Assembly: GCF_003918875.1 (NCBI RefSeq)
Contig: NW_025765186.1
Location: forward strand, 62,001 to 126,000
Reading direction: 5' to 3'
Source: Haliotis rubra
Lineage: Eukaryota
Length of the DNA stretch: 64,000 bases
Shown here: positions 37,771 through 51,721 of the stretch, one piece after another
Layout: each line of letters begins with the position of its first letter
How positions within the stretch are numbered: position 1 is the stretch's first letter
Made by a program: the position numbers and the translations under genes
Notes under the pieces: model-generated
Seen by the model: the letters and a program-made list of their open reading frames with translations, nothing else
What the model was told of the DNA's origin: nothing
The model's database searches: none

Positions 37771-38100
37771 CCTCATTAATTTCAACATAATCAGTTGTCA
37801 AACATGTCTTTAAGCACACCAGCTGTTATCAGATTAGTTCATTTTTATGTTTATTATCTATAAAACCTAGTGAAAGCGGTTAACGATTTAATGATTTTAC
37901 GATGTAATGCTGAGTGACCCGCATACTCTTATCAAGCGCTGAAATCCACATTAACATTTAAACTGAAAGCTGCTGTTTGGGTATTACCACAGATAGTCCC
38001 AGTCTATAACCTCACAAGGAGCACGGTTGATGCTCAGAGAAGTTTCACCATTCCCCGTGTACTGAACTACAGGCTTTGAAGAGGTGCGTGACCAAACTTA

Positions 38101-40002
38101 CAGATGTTTCATTAACTATAGGTTACATAGGTAAGGGTAATTTGTGACTAATATGCCAGATGTTTCATTAACTATAGGCTACATAGGTAAGGGTAATTTG
38201 TGACAAATATTCCAGATGTTTCATTAACTATAGGTTACATAGGTAAGGGTAATTTGTGACTAATATTCCAGATGTTTCATTAACTATAGGCTACATAGGT
38301 AAGGGTAATTTGTGACAAATATTCCAGATGTTTCATTAACTATAGGTTACATAGGTAAGGGTAATTTGTGACTAATATGCCAGATGTTTCATTAACTATA
38401 GGTTACATAGGTAAGGGTAATCTGTGACAAATATTCCAGATGTTTCATTAGCTATAGGTAACATAGGTAAGGGTAATTTGTGACAAATATTCCAGATGTT
38501 TCATTAACTATAGGTTACATAGGTAAGGGTAATTTGTGACAAATATTCCAGATGTTTCATTAACTATAGGTTACATAGGTAAGGGTAATTTGTGACAAAT
38601 ATTCCAGATGTTTCATTAACTATAGCTTACATAGGTAAGGGTAATTTGTGACTAATATGCCAGATGTTTTATTAACTATAGGCTACATAGGTAAGAGTAA
38701 TTTGTGACAAATATTCCAGATGTTTCATTAACTATAGGTTACATCGGTAAGGGTAATCTGTGACAAATATTCCAGATGTTTCATTAACTATAGGTAACAT
38801 AGGTAAGGGTAATTTGTGACAAATATTCCAGATGTTTCATTAACTATAGCTTACATAGGTAAGGGTAATTTGTGACTAATATGCCAGATGTTTTATTAAC
38901 TATAGGCTACATAGGTAAGAGTAATTTGTGACAAATATTCCAGATGTTTCATTAACTATAGGTTACATCGGTAAGGGTAATCTGTGACAAATATTCCAGA
39001 TGTTTCATTAACTATAGGTAACATAGGTAAGGGTAATTTGTGACAAATATTCCAGATGTTTCATTAACTATAGGTTACATCGGTAAGGGTAATTTGTGAC
39101 AAATATTCCAGATGTTTCATTAACTATAGGTTACATAGGTAAGGGTAATTTGTGACAAATATTCCAGATGTTTCATTAACTATAGGTTACATAGGTAAGG
39201 GTAATCTGTGACTAATATTCCAGATGTTTCATTAACTATAGGTTACATAGGTAAGGGTTATTTGTGACAAATATTCCAGATGTTTCATTAACTATAGGTT
39301 ACATACATAAGGGTAATTTGTGACAAATATACCACATGTTTCATTAACTATAGGTTACATAGGTAAGAGTAATTTGTGATAAATATTCCAGATGTTTCAT
39401 TAACTATAGGGTACATAGGTAAGAGTAATTTGTGACTAATATTCCAGATGTTTCATTAACTATAGGTTACATAGGTAAGGGTAATTTGTGACAAATATAC
39501 CACATGTTTCATTAACTATAGGTTACATAGGTAAGAGTAATTTGTGATAAATATTCCAGATGTTTCATTAACTATAGGTTACATAGGTAAGAGTAATTTG
39601 TGACTAATATTCCAGATGTTTCATTAACTATAGGTTACATAGGTAAGGGTAATTTGTGACTAATATTCCAGATGTTTCATTAACTATAGGTTACATAGGT
39701 AAGGGTAATATGTGACTAATATTCCAGATGTTTCATTAACTATAGGTTACATAGGTAAGGGTAATTTGTGACAAATATTCCAGATGTTTCATTAACTATA
39801 GGTTACATAGGTAAGGGTAATTTGTGACTAATATTCCAGATGTTTCATTAACTATAGGTTACATAGGTAAGGGTTATTTGTGACAAATATTCCAGATGTT
39901 TCATTAACTATAGGCTACATAGGTAAGGGTAATTTGTGACAAATATTCCAGATGTTTCATTAACTATAGGTTACATAGGTAAGGGTAATCTGTGACAAAT
40001 AT
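38101..40002. repeat. 56-bp minisatellite, ~34 copies
   Basis: Unit CAGATGTTTCATTAACTATAGGTTACATAGGTAAGGGTAATTTGTGACAAATATTC. Confidence 0.95.
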
Positions 40003-40193
40003 GCGAGTTTGTTCATGACCGAACAACCTGTCCCCCCTACACATAATAGTCTCGCCCATGTAGTATTCCCGAGAATTTAATTGGCCTCAGCTTGTCTAGA
40101 AAACGATTTGACATGTTGCGTGACATACATAAAGAGTGACAGCCATGTGGATAGAGACAGATAAATGTCAGATCGGGACTGAGGAGGTTTGTA

Positions 40194-40355
40194 GAGTGAG
40201 TGAGTATGGTTTTACGCCGCGTTTAGCAATATTCCAGCAATATCAGGGCGAGACACCAGAAATGGGCTTCACATATTGTACCTATTTGGGGAGTCGAACC
40301 CAAGACTTCAGCTTGACGAGCAAACGCTTTGACCACTAGGCTACTCCACCTCCCG
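40194..40355 (-). mobile_element. SINE family A
   Basis: Reverse-complement full copy. Confidence 0.85.
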
Positions 40356-40424
40356 GAAGATTTGTAGAAACGATTGGGTATATATTGGAAATGAGGGATT
40401 CGGTTTGTGAGTCATATCATGCAG

Positions 40425-42632
40425 TTAGGGATGTATTGGGTAAAGCTGTGGAGGTGGAGGGTAGAGTAGTGAGTCAATGATAGAAGTTAGGGGTGTACAG
40501 GGTAAAGCTAATTGGCGGAGGGTAGAGTTGTGAGTCAATGATAGAAGTTAGGGGTGTATGGGGTAATGCTATGGAGGTGGGGGTGGAGTTGTGAGTCAAT
40601 GATAGACGTTAGGGGTGTACAGGGTAAAGCTAATTGGCGGAGGGTAGAGTTGTGAGTCAATGATAGAAGTTAGGGGTGTATGGGGTAATGTTATGGAGGT
40701 AGGGGGTAGAGTTGTGAGTCAATGATAGAAGTTAGGGATGTACAGGGTAAAGCTAATTGGCGGAGGGTAGAGTTGTGAGTCAATGATAGAAATTAGGGGT
40801 GTATGGGGTAATATTATGGAGGTGGGGGGTAGAGTTGTGAGTCAATGATAGAAGTTAGGGGTGTACAGGGTAAAGCTAACTGGTGGAGGGTAGAGTTGTG
40901 AGTCAATGATAGAAGTTAGGGGTGTACAGGGTAAAGCTATGTAGGTGGAGGGTGGAGTTGTGAGTCAATGATAGAAGTTAGGGGCATATGAGGCAAAGCT
41001 ATGTAGGTGGAGGGTAGAGTTGTGAGTCAATGATAGAAGTTAGGGGTGTATGGGGTAAAGCTATGGAGGTGGAGGGTAGAGTTATGAGTCAATGATAGAA
41101 CGTAGAGGTGTATGGGGTAAAGCTATGGAGGTGGAGGGTAGAGTTATGAGTCAATGATAGAGCTTAGAGGTGTATGGTGTAAAGCTATCGAAGTGGGGGT
41201 AGAGTTGTGAGTCAATGATAGAATTAAGGGGTGTATGGCGTAAAGGTATTGAAGTGGGGGTAGAGTTGTGAGTCAATGATAGGGGTGTATGGGGTAAAGC
41301 TATGGAGGTGGAGGGTAGAGTAGTGAGTCAATTATAGAAGTTAGGGGTGTATGGGGTAAAGCTATGGAGGTGGGGGTAAAGTTGTGAGTTAATGATAAAA
41401 GTTAGGGGTGTATGGGGTAAAGCTATAGAGGTGGAGGGTAGAGTTATGAGTCAATGATAGAACTTAAAGGTGTATGGTGTAAAGCTATGGAGGTGGGGGT
41501 AGAGTTGTGAGTCAATGATAGAAGTTAGGGGTGTACAGGGTAAAGCTATGTAGGTGGAGGGTGGAGTTGTGAGTCAATGATAGAAGTTAGGGGTGTATGA
41601 GGCAAAGCTATGTAGGTGGAGGGTAGAGTTGTGAGTCAATGATAGAAGTTAGGGGTGTATGGGGTAATGCTATGGAGGTGGAGGGTAGAGTTATAAGTCA
41701 ATGATAGAACTTAGAGGTGTATGGTGTAAAGCTATGGAGGTGGAGGGTAGAGTTATGAGTCAATGATAGAGCTTAGAGGTGTATGGTGTAAAGCTATCGA
41801 AGTGGGGGGTAGAGTTGTGAGTCAATGATAGAATTTAGGGGTGTATGGCGTAAAAGGTATTGAAGTGGGGGGGTAGAGTTGTGAGTCAATGATAGGGGTG
41901 TATGGGGTAAAGCTATGGAGGTGGAGGGTAGAGTAGTGAGTCAATTATAGAAGTTAGGGGTGTATGGGGTAAAGCTATGGAGGTGGGGGTAAAGTTGTGA
42001 GTTAATGATAAAAGTTAGGGGTGTATGGGGTAAAGCTATAGAGGTGGAGGGTAGAGTTATGAGTCAATGATAGAACTTAAAGGTGTATGGTGTAAAGCTA
42101 TGGAGGTGGGGGTAGAGTTGTGAGTCAATGATAGAAGTTAGGGGTGTATGGGGTAAAGCTATGGAGGAGGAGGGTAGAGTTGTGAGTCAATGATATAATG
42201 TAAGGGTGTACGGGGTAAAGCTATGTAGGTGGGGGTAGAGTAGTGAGTCAATGATAGAACTTACAGGTGTATGGGGGTAAAGCTATGTAGGTGGTGGTAG
42301 AGTAGAGGTCAATGATAGAAGTTAGGGGTGTATGGGGGTAAAGCTATGTAGGTGGAAGGTAGAGTTGTGAGTCAATGATAGAAGTTAGGGGTGTACGGGG
42401 TAAAGGTATGTAAGTGGAAGGTAGAGTTGTGAGTCAATGATATAAGTTAGGGGTGTACGGTGTAAAGTTATGTAGGTGGAAGGTAGAGTTGTGAGTCAAT
42501 GATAGAATTTAGGGGTGTATGGTGTAAAGCTATGGAGGTGGGGGTAGAGTTGTGAGTCAATGATAGAATTTAGGGGTGTATGAGGTAAAGCTATAGAAGT
42601 GAGGGTAGAGTTGTGAGTCAATGATAGAAATT
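40425..42632. repeat. ~59-bp G-rich minisatellite, ~37 copies
   Basis: Unit GGAGGTGGAGGGTAGAGTTGTGAGTCAATGATAGAAGTTAGGGGTGTATGGGGTAAAGCTAT. Confidence 0.95.
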
Positions 42633-44051
42633 ACACATGTCTTTAAAGATGGATTTAGCGATGACGGGCTCGACTCACTACTTGCGTAAATCCCAGCAAT
42701 AGGTGTTTATACATACAAAAGTACTTCGAAAGCATGGAAACAAATATTCATTCGAACAAGATCAAACCATCGTCTGCTTTCCGAATAAAAATTCAGCAAG
42801 AGAAATACGTTTATGTTCATTCTATGTTATGTCAAAATAGATTAAGCAATAGACTGCTACATAATTTCCGTATTAAATTCATTATCAGCTTTCGTCAACG
42901 ATATCGCCACTGAGCTGATCCGGCATTAACATCGACCGCCGAAGAAATGTTAATGCCTTCCGTCCACATAAATAAACAGTTGGGTTATCAATTCAAACAA
43001 AATGATATATTTTTAGAAATTTGTACGGTTTCAGATTTATCGGTAGTAAAACACAATTTTATTACAGAATCTGCAAACCGTTCTGTTTAGCCCAACATAT
43101 TTTTTTTTCTAAAAAGTATAATATCGTTGAAAAAGTTATTTAGCTTAGTAATGATCCCTCTTATCAATTACACTGCTTGATCTAAAGTAGTCTATTAAAG
43201 TATAATTAATTACCTTACCGTGTTTATGCCAGAGGTACACCCTCATGTCCTGTTCCATCCTTTCGGAAACATCACCACAAATCTGGCTCTTTGTCAACAG
43301 CCTCGCGAACTTGCCAGCGAATCCGACTCAATTTTAATCCACTACACTTTGAAGCCACTAGGTCACAAAACACTTTCCAAAATGTAGAAAATAATATCCG
43401 TAGAATCGAATTTGAGCATAAAGTACACACATGAGTGTGTAAGAGTCACCACCACAGTGACTCTTCTGTCACACGGAGACGTAGAGGTGCGTGAAATCGT
43501 CAAGTTGACAGGGCGCAAAATTCAACAGTATCTAAATTCGGTACAACACGGACTTCTCATTACAGCAAAAGCGCCTCTACTCTTAAATTTTGTACCAGTA
43601 CCAATAATTAGATATAAAAAAACTATCTCAGTCATACAATCAGGTTAACCTTGCGCAAACTGTCAGAGGCCCTCCTGTCGCATCTCTTCAAATTTGCACG
43701 TAAATGTAAACACTGACTTCCATAAAGGTCAAGGCCATGAGGTTGCTGCCATTATTCTGGTGGGGAAAGGGTCTACGGTGGAATTTTCAAATGTGAACCA
43801 AGCTTTTTAAACTTATTTCATATATGTTTTCCAACTTATCAGTTAATGATTGGTGATAATTGCATTGAAAAAACAAAACGTGATTTGTTATTACTGAATC
43901 TGGAGTTTGTGAGTCATTGACGGTTGGCCACTAATCATCCCGTTTGAGGTGATGCCACTTGAGATTGGAATGCGACGCCGCTTCACGTATTGACTCGTCA
44001 CCAACGAAAGAGTTCCAACTGAAATTGTTCATAAAATTGTCATGGTAGAAT

Positions 44052-44221
44052 GGAGATAAACCTACTGTGTAGGAAAATCAGAGGTATATAACGAAATTAT
44101 AATAGCTCTAAATTTTTCATTAGGAGATAAACCTACCTAATTTAAAGATTTTAAATTAAACTAAGAGCTATTATAATTTCGTTATATACCTCTGATTTTC
44201 CTACACAGTAGGTTTATCTCC
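44052..44221. repeat. Perfect 58-bp inverted repeat with 54-bp spacer
   Basis: 44052-44109 is the exact reverse complement of 44164-44221. Confidence 0.9.
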
Positions 44222-45552
44222 TAATTCAGCTTGCTTTGGGAATAACGACTAACCTGTTTGGTGCGACAAGCTTGTATACAGCTGTTTCACATCGACCGAC
44301 CGCCATTGCGGGTTCAATAATTACACATGAAGCAGGCACAAGGTGCACAGACGCCACATTGCATGGAGACAGTTGATCCCACTGGTGTCAGGGCTCGGAT
44401 GGATGTGGTTTAGTGCCTGTACCATACACTTTGGAATGTAACTGTTCCCCCCCCATGATATAACTGTAAGTACCGGCTATCTACTCGTTCTTACTTTAAC
44501 AATGGTCGTACTCATATTCGGGTTGAAAATATGGGCAGATACAGTTTTGGGTGGGTACACACAGAATGCTAGAATACAGTTCTCATTGGATGCCGATTTC
44601 AGGAAGCACTTTCGCTCAGTCAGATATGGTAAGAAAATTCACGATTTTGGTAAACCTTATATCTAACCAGAATGAGAGCGGTGTTCTATTTATTACCCAC
44701 ATTTTAAATAAATTGCAGCTGATTTTGTTTTGACGTTTTCAATTCACGAACCGAAACTGGTTTAAGAAGGAGCTCGAGGTAAATGACTTCAAAACGTTTC
44801 GTGCATTATTTCACCCATTCCAATTAATGCACTCAAACATGAAATTCTTAAAGTTTCCTAGACAAAATGTTTGACAGTAGAATCTCGATAACCCGTCTGA
44901 GACTCATTCGAGATGTACAATACGGCCTAGAAGCAAAAAATAGTTTGTGACGACACTAGTTAAAATATATGTATGCGTTAAACTGAACAAACTCTATCAT
45001 CCAGGTGGTTGTGACACAACTGGTGTAATATAGATGAACATATATGCAACAGCTGGGCAACATGGTTACTGTAACCCGATAGTAGTGGCGACCACGTGAA
45101 CATGTAGAAACTGCCTGTCTGAGGAGGAAAGAGATGAGACGATGATATTTCACTTTCATTGAAATGGGCAGTCCCACGGGTGCCTCTGAACGGTCATGAA
45201 GGTGCGTTATCACGGCGCGAAGACTTAATTATTGCACTCTAGCATTACCTGGCTTTTCAAATCAATACATATTACTGCAAGGGATTTCAATGGTAGTACA
45301 CAATAGAGTGGCGGTACGGATTTAGATTTCAACGGCAGTATGAGATGTAATGGCAATGTAATGAGACGTAATGGCAATGTAATGAGATGTAAGGGAAATG
45401 TAATGAGATGTAAGGGAAATGTAATGAGATGTAATGGCAATGTTATTAGACGTTATGGCAATCGTAATAATAATAATAATAAAAATAATAATAATAGTGT
45501 TTGAGACGGAGTGTGTGCTAGAAGTGATGACCGAGAATTGTAAGCAACTGGA

Positions 45553-45727
45553 ATGAGTGAGTGAGTGAGTAAGTTTGGTTTTACGCCGCTTATAGCAATA
45601 TTCCAGCTATATCAAGGCGGAGGACACAAGAAATGGGCTTCACATATTGTACCTATATGGGGAATCGAACCCGGATCTTCGGCGTGTGGAGCGAACGTTT
45701 CAGCAACTAGGCCAACCCACCGCTCCG
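45553..45727 (-). mobile_element. SINE family A
   Basis: Reverse-complement full copy with a (GAGT)n tail. Confidence 0.85.
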
Positions 45728-45919
45728 AGTGATTGAGTGAGTGAGGAGTGAGTGAGTGCAGCTAATATGTTAATGGTGGAGACCTCACAGGACGTGGAGC
45801 TCCTGCCCAACTGAGATTGTTTCGAGATGAGTCAATGATATTTCACTTGTAATGGCCAGTCCTCTGCACGTTCAAGAAGGTGCGTTCCCATGGTGCGATG
45901 TGTTGTAACACATTGTTGC

Positions 45920-46833
45920 ATGCAACAGAGTTGCAACGTCAGAACACTGTCATCATAACCTACTGTAATCTCATACACCTAGCTGCAGCAGAGGCACAAC
46001 GTCAGAACACTGTCATCATTACAAACTTTAATCTCGTACACCTAGCTGCAGCAGAGGCACAACGTCAGAACACTGTCATCATAACAAACTTTAATCTCGT
46101 ACACCTAGCTGCAGCAGAGGCACAACGTCAGAACCCTGTCATCATTACAAACTTTAATCTCGTACACCTAGCTGCAGCAGAGGCACAACGTCAGAACACT
46201 GTCATCATAACAAACTTTAATCTCATACACCTACCTAGCTGCAGCAGGGCACAACGTCAGAACACTGTCATCATAACAAACTTTAATCTCGTACACCTAG
46301 CTGCAGCAGAGGCACAACGTCAGAACACTGTCATCATAACAAACTTTAATCTCATACACCTAGCTGCAGCAGAGGGCACAACGTCAGAACACTGTCATCA
46401 TAACAAACTTTAATCTCATACACCTAGCTGCAGCAGAGGCACAACGTCAGAACACTGTCATCATAACAAACTTTAATCTCGTACACCTAGCTGCAGCAGA
46501 GGCACAACGCCAGAACACTGTCATCCTAACAAACCTTAATCTCGTACACCTAGCTGCAGCAGAGGCACAACGTCAGAACACTGTCATCATAACAAACTTT
46601 AATCTCGTACACCTAGCTGCAGCAGAGTTGCAACGTCAGAACACTGTCATCATAACAAACACTGTCATCATAACCAACTCAATCTCATACACCTAGCTGC
46701 AACAGAGTTGCAACGTCAGAACACTGTCATCATAACCAACTTTAATCTCATACACCTAGCTGCAACAGAGTTGCAACGTCAGAACACTGTCATCATAACC
46801 AACTTTAATCTCATACACCTAGCTGCAACAGAG
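45920..46833. repeat. 63-bp minisatellite, ~14 copies
   Basis: Unit GCAGCAGAGGCACAACGTCAGAACACTGTCATCATAACAAACTTTAATCTCGTACACCTAGCT. Confidence 0.95.
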
Positions 46834-47304
46834 TCCTAAGACATTGCTGTCGACCAATCAGATTGCTTAGACATGTGTCCAGCCCAGAGTGACGATCCTT
46901 TGTTAGTGTTGAGATCATAAGGGTGACACCACTACATGAAGCTGATCTTCCCACAGAAGAAACTAATAAGTTTATAAGCTTTAATGTGCCCTAGGAATGC
47001 GAGTGTAATGTGAAAATATATTATGTCCATACAAAGAAATTCTACAACAGTCCAGCATCGTCATATTCGAGTTATACGCGCCAGTCCTGTTTCAACTGAG
47101 AATTCAGATCCGAACCCACACCGAGTTAGGCTTGCTGTAAATTATCTTCTTGAGGAATGCGATAGATAGAATAACACTTCTTTCCTTCACCGACGAATAA
47201 ATGTTGCGCGTTTATGCGAATCTCTCGAGATACGAGCTGTATGCAACTTAATACCAGAAAAAGGTTCATGTTGTTACTGCAAGTCATAGGCCACGAGTTG
47301 CACC

Positions 47305-48976
47305 GTGAGGTGAGGTGAGGTGAAACTGGCTTTAACGTCGTGCATGAGAATATTTCGCTCATATGACGACGTGCATGCGTGTGTGTATGTGTATGTGCGG
47401 CTGCTTGTACTAAAGTACTGTCGGAAATGCTAGAAAAATGCTTTTTAGCCTTAATATCTTTATAAAGGTGATAAATGAACTTTGTTGTCAATATATCAAC
47501 TCGTCTATTGTCTACCTAATTGTTATTTCAATCGATTTAACATTCCCATGCATTTAAAGGGCAGTTTACAGGAGAGAATTTGGTAGCAAAACAGATTTTT
47601 TTAGAGTTCAACAACAGAAATCTGAAATAGTCTTTACATTTATGCTAATAATACAGGTGGTGTAAAAATATTAATTTAACGTTTTTCCTAAACAAATAAA
47701 TGTTGAATGTTTGTGTTACTTTACTTAATTATCGTTTCTTTATTGAAGAAATATTAATATAAATGTTAAGTCTTGATAAATAAGTTTCCCGTCATGCATG
47801 CACATCTTTATCACAGCGTCCACTATGGCCAACGATTTGCAGTCGATTGTTGCAAAGGTTTAAAGTTTTTTTCTGCTAAAAATAAACAGAGGTAAACCTT
47901 TCATTGGTTTAGAAAGGGTTTATTACAGAACTTGTAGAGCTGTTGGCATGTCTTACCAACACGTTTACAATACAGTAAACAAATCAGACAAGACAGGGAC
48001 CGTCTCAAAAGCAAAACTGGGACGTGAAACCATCCTTGACAACTTTGACAAGGGAGCACTAAGACGGGCGGTCTACAAACTTTAGGAGAAGGAGAATATA
48101 TGTCTTCTAAAGAAGCTACACCAGTGACTTCGTTAAATCTTTGGCCAATGTTCACAACTAGATTAAACTGACCGAGTTACATCCATATTTTTTCAATGAA
48201 ATATACTGTTGACATGCAAAACATTTATTAAAACGTTGCACATGTCTACAATCAGTCGATAAGATCACACAAGTGATAGGATTCTTTCCAATGTACAGTA
48301 ATTCGTATGTTTATTTCAAAACAAACTCACATACACAAATGATCCCTTACATAACCGATACGTATACTATACGTACACATATTCAACATTTTGCAGAAAA
48401 CATCTATTGAGATGACCCCTCGCACGAGCGTGTGCTCAGGTGTCAATTTCACCTGTCGATACCGTGGATGCTGATGACGTAACACAGGCAATTAATGTTT
48501 GTATCAAATAACGTCCCACTACCCCTTAATTTTCTAAGTTTTTGGTATTTTCATCAGTAAAAACACATTTTAGAGCATGTCTCAAAACTTATTCCCTCGG
48601 TCTACATTAGGTAGATGTTTCTTGAAGTGATATTTCTTATTTAAGTAACTGTAATACCTCTGAATTTTAAATATAAGTCAAAAAGCATTTTTCTAGCATT
48701 TCCGACAGTACTTTAGTCCAGACTGAAGCTGGTTTTATAGTTTTCGCTCCCTGAGATACCATGCCGCAGTGAAGCATGAATACCCAACTCAGATGCAGTA
48801 TTCTGACTCCGAGCCGACAATTCCTTGTTACACGGTAACCCATTAATGCTGAGCGCCAGGCAGGGACCAACAAGTACCATATTTTAGCGTCTTTTTGGTA
48901 TGACGCGGTCGGGGATCAAACCCTCGACCTTCCGCTCTCCGGGCGGAGGCTCTAACCACTACGCCACGGAGGCGGT
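47305..48976 (-). mobile_element. SINE family B copy split by a DNA transposon insertion (5' half 48976-48714, 3' half 47412-47305)
   Basis: The two halves join at CTGCTTGTAC-TA-GTCCAGACTGAAG, matching the intact copies. Confidence 0.85.
47413..48713. mobile_element. 1.3-kb non-autonomous DNA transposon, 34-bp perfect TIRs, TA TSD
   Basis: TIR AAGTACTGTCGGAAATGCTAGAAAAATGCTTTTT at both ends; TA at 47411-47412 and 48714-48715; no long ORF. Confidence 0.9.
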
Positions 48977-49103
48977 TTTTCACCGTGAGAAAGCACTTGA
49001 AAAGCAGCATGGCTGACTACGATATTGGTTGTATTAGAGAATAGTTACCGAAGCTTGGGGAAGACGTGACTGGATAAGAAGACTGCTTCTCCATCTCACA
49101 ATC

Positions 49104-49340
49104 GGGGTGGTGAGGTAGCCTAGAGGTTAAAACGTTCGCTCGTCACGCTGAAGACCAGGGTTCGATTCCCCACACGGATACTACGTTCAAAGCCCATTTC
49201 TGGTGTAGGGTCGGTGGGGTAGGCCAGTGGATAAAGCGCCCGCTCGTCACAGCGATGACCCTGGTTCGACTCCCCACATGGGTAAAATGTGTGAAGCCCA
49301 TTCCTGGTGCCCCCCTCGGTGATATTGCGTAAAACCAAAC
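49104..49340 (+). mobile_element. Tandem (dimeric) SINE family A copies
   Basis: Two tRNA-like heads at ~49104 and ~49207, each followed by AAGCCCATT.CTGGTG. Confidence 0.75.
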
Positions 49341-51533
49341 TGGTGATATAACATTTCTGGTGTATCTGAACTGCCACTGAAATTTGTACTGTCACCCTCT
49401 TGTATACTGCCAATGTAACTGTACTGCCACTATTAGTTGATTCTACAATACACTTATTAATCTATATTATCTGTTTTCTGTGTGTTGGTTTCACATTGAA
49501 GTCTTTTGAGCATAAATAGTAGGGCTAAGTTGTAGTTGGAAATTGAACATTATAATGTTTCCAGGTGATGTAGTAAATCTGCCCTGTACTAATCGCCCTG
49601 AATCAGCTTACGTTGTTTTATAGGCAGTGTTAAATTACCCGTGAATGGAATGTACTTTAAACTAACTTTGTGAATGTCTTTACTTAATTTTATGCAAATT
49701 ATTAATTGCGGCTGCAACAGGGAGAGCTCAGTATGTTTACCCTTTTCTCGAAACACTGATTTTTAAACAATTCTGATCACCGTGTTTTCATTTATGCACA
49801 AGGAAATATGGTTCCAAAAGGGAGGTAACCGAGGCCAAATGTTTCTTTGGAGTTGACGATCTACATTATCTTGAATATTTCCATATGTTCTTCAGTTAAT
49901 GTATATTTAACGTGTATGTATTTAATAACATATTTATAAATATCAGTTCTGTAAAATATTAATGGAAATGGGATTAGTTGGTAGCATTATCGTCTTATGA
50001 CTCTTTAACGGAAACGTTACTTGACCAGCTTAACGCTGTCCTGGGGCTGGTATTGCTTAAAATGGTTCCATATTGGACATGACGAGTCATTTCAGCATAA
50101 TCCAAATCATTCCCTATTTGAACTTTGCTTCGTGTTCAATAGTTTTTTAAGCTGACCACGTGACTGCCTTCTACAGAAAATGAACTCTCTTGTTTTATCT
50201 TAAGCGAAGTACGTCGTGTGGGGCTACATGTTGGCTGTCGTCCTTGTATATAAGTAAACTACAATATTGTAACATGCAATAGTTTCCTTGTCCTTCTGCA
50301 TATACTAGTTAGTTGCATTTTCTAGCCAGTGACAGTTAGGTTCTAGGTGCAGTTATACTGAGTGTGTTCATGTATTTTGAATAACCGTGGATATATGCAC
50401 GTAGTTATTCTGAGCGAGCCCTCATTCTCTCTTATGTATTGATTAGCTCGTGTCAGCCTAACCTTTGCCGTGTGTTCATGTTTAGTGAATATTGAGAGCT
50501 ATATTGATTTCCTTACAATAAGCCGCATATCTGCTAACGTATATCTGTAGAATATTCAGTTAGTGTCCCATCGATTGACTGCATGTTTTGTTTGACTCGT
50601 TTATTTTGGTGCCATTGTCAGACAACGAACATGTATTTCGTAATGGTGGTACATGTGAACGTTGAAGCGGGAGAACTGATCTAAATGTTAAAGTATGAAA
50701 CCAAAAGTATATTTAGAATAATATACATTAACTGTTGTATTAAAACATTATTTACGTTTACAAGTCTAGGCATATCAGAGCAAGATATTACAATCACACA
50801 GAGGGTGGTACAACTCAACGAGATATAATAGCTGTAGTAATAGCAATAACTATGATAAAGAGGGACTGTGTGTGCTGAATTCTGAGCATGCACTCACCCT
50901 GCCCCATATAGTGATTATCTCGTGTCAGCGTAACTTTTGTGGAGGGTAATAATGTTTAGTGTTAGTTGAATGGTAACAACTCAAAGCGGAGCGGAGAGGA
51001 ATGAACTGGAAGTGAGAGGGGACGAGCGGCGTGGAGAGGAGTCGAGTGGAATTGAGCGGAGCGCTGCGGTGTGATGCATTTGGGTGCGGAGTGGAGTGGA
51101 ACGGGCGTTGCGTTGCGTTGTGGTGCGTTGCGGAGAGGAGCGGAGCGGAGCGATGAGGAACGGCTTGGCGTGGCGTGACGAGCAAACGCCTTAACCACTA
51201 GGCTACCCCACAGCCCCCTGCATTATGTATTGAAACTATGAACCCAAGACACTTTCTCATTGTCAAAATATTCATTTTGAACAGTCTGGAGTTTCAGTTT
51301 CTGAAACAATTTCCTTTACAATATATATATTTTATTTATCGATAAAACTTCGCATAAATATGAGCATTGTATTCAGGCAATGTTGTACAACAATGTTTCA
51401 ACTGCTATACATTGTACCAGTACTGTAGATTCAGTATCAGGGGCGGGCAGTTCCTGCTATATTTAGACTTGAAGATTTAGACCGAATGATCTGGAACGTG
51501 CTACAAGGAACTTAATGAGTATCTAGCACCTTT

Positions 51534-51721
51534 NNNNNNNNNNNNNNNNNNNNNNNNNNNNNNNNNNNNNNNNNNNNNNNNNNNNNNNNNNNNNNNNNNN
51601 NNNNNNNNNNNNNNNNNNNNNNNNNNNNNNNNNNNNNNNNNNNNNNNNNNNNNNNNNNNNNNNNNNNNNNNNNNNNNNNNNNNNNNNNNNNNNNNNNNNN
51701 NNNNNNNNNNNNNNNNNNNNN
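51534..51721. other. Assembly gap (N run)
   Basis: Run of n. Confidence 1.

Noticed and set aside
38101-40002. TAACTATA..resemblance to rDNA homing-endonuclease or R2 target sites
   Set aside because: Only ~8 nt match and there is no rDNA context.
44230-44470. Possible Cys-rich exon (WCDKLVYSCF…, HWCQGSDGCG…ECNCSPP) ending at GTAAGT
   Set aside because: It contains stops and frame changes with no recognisable family; too weak to call.
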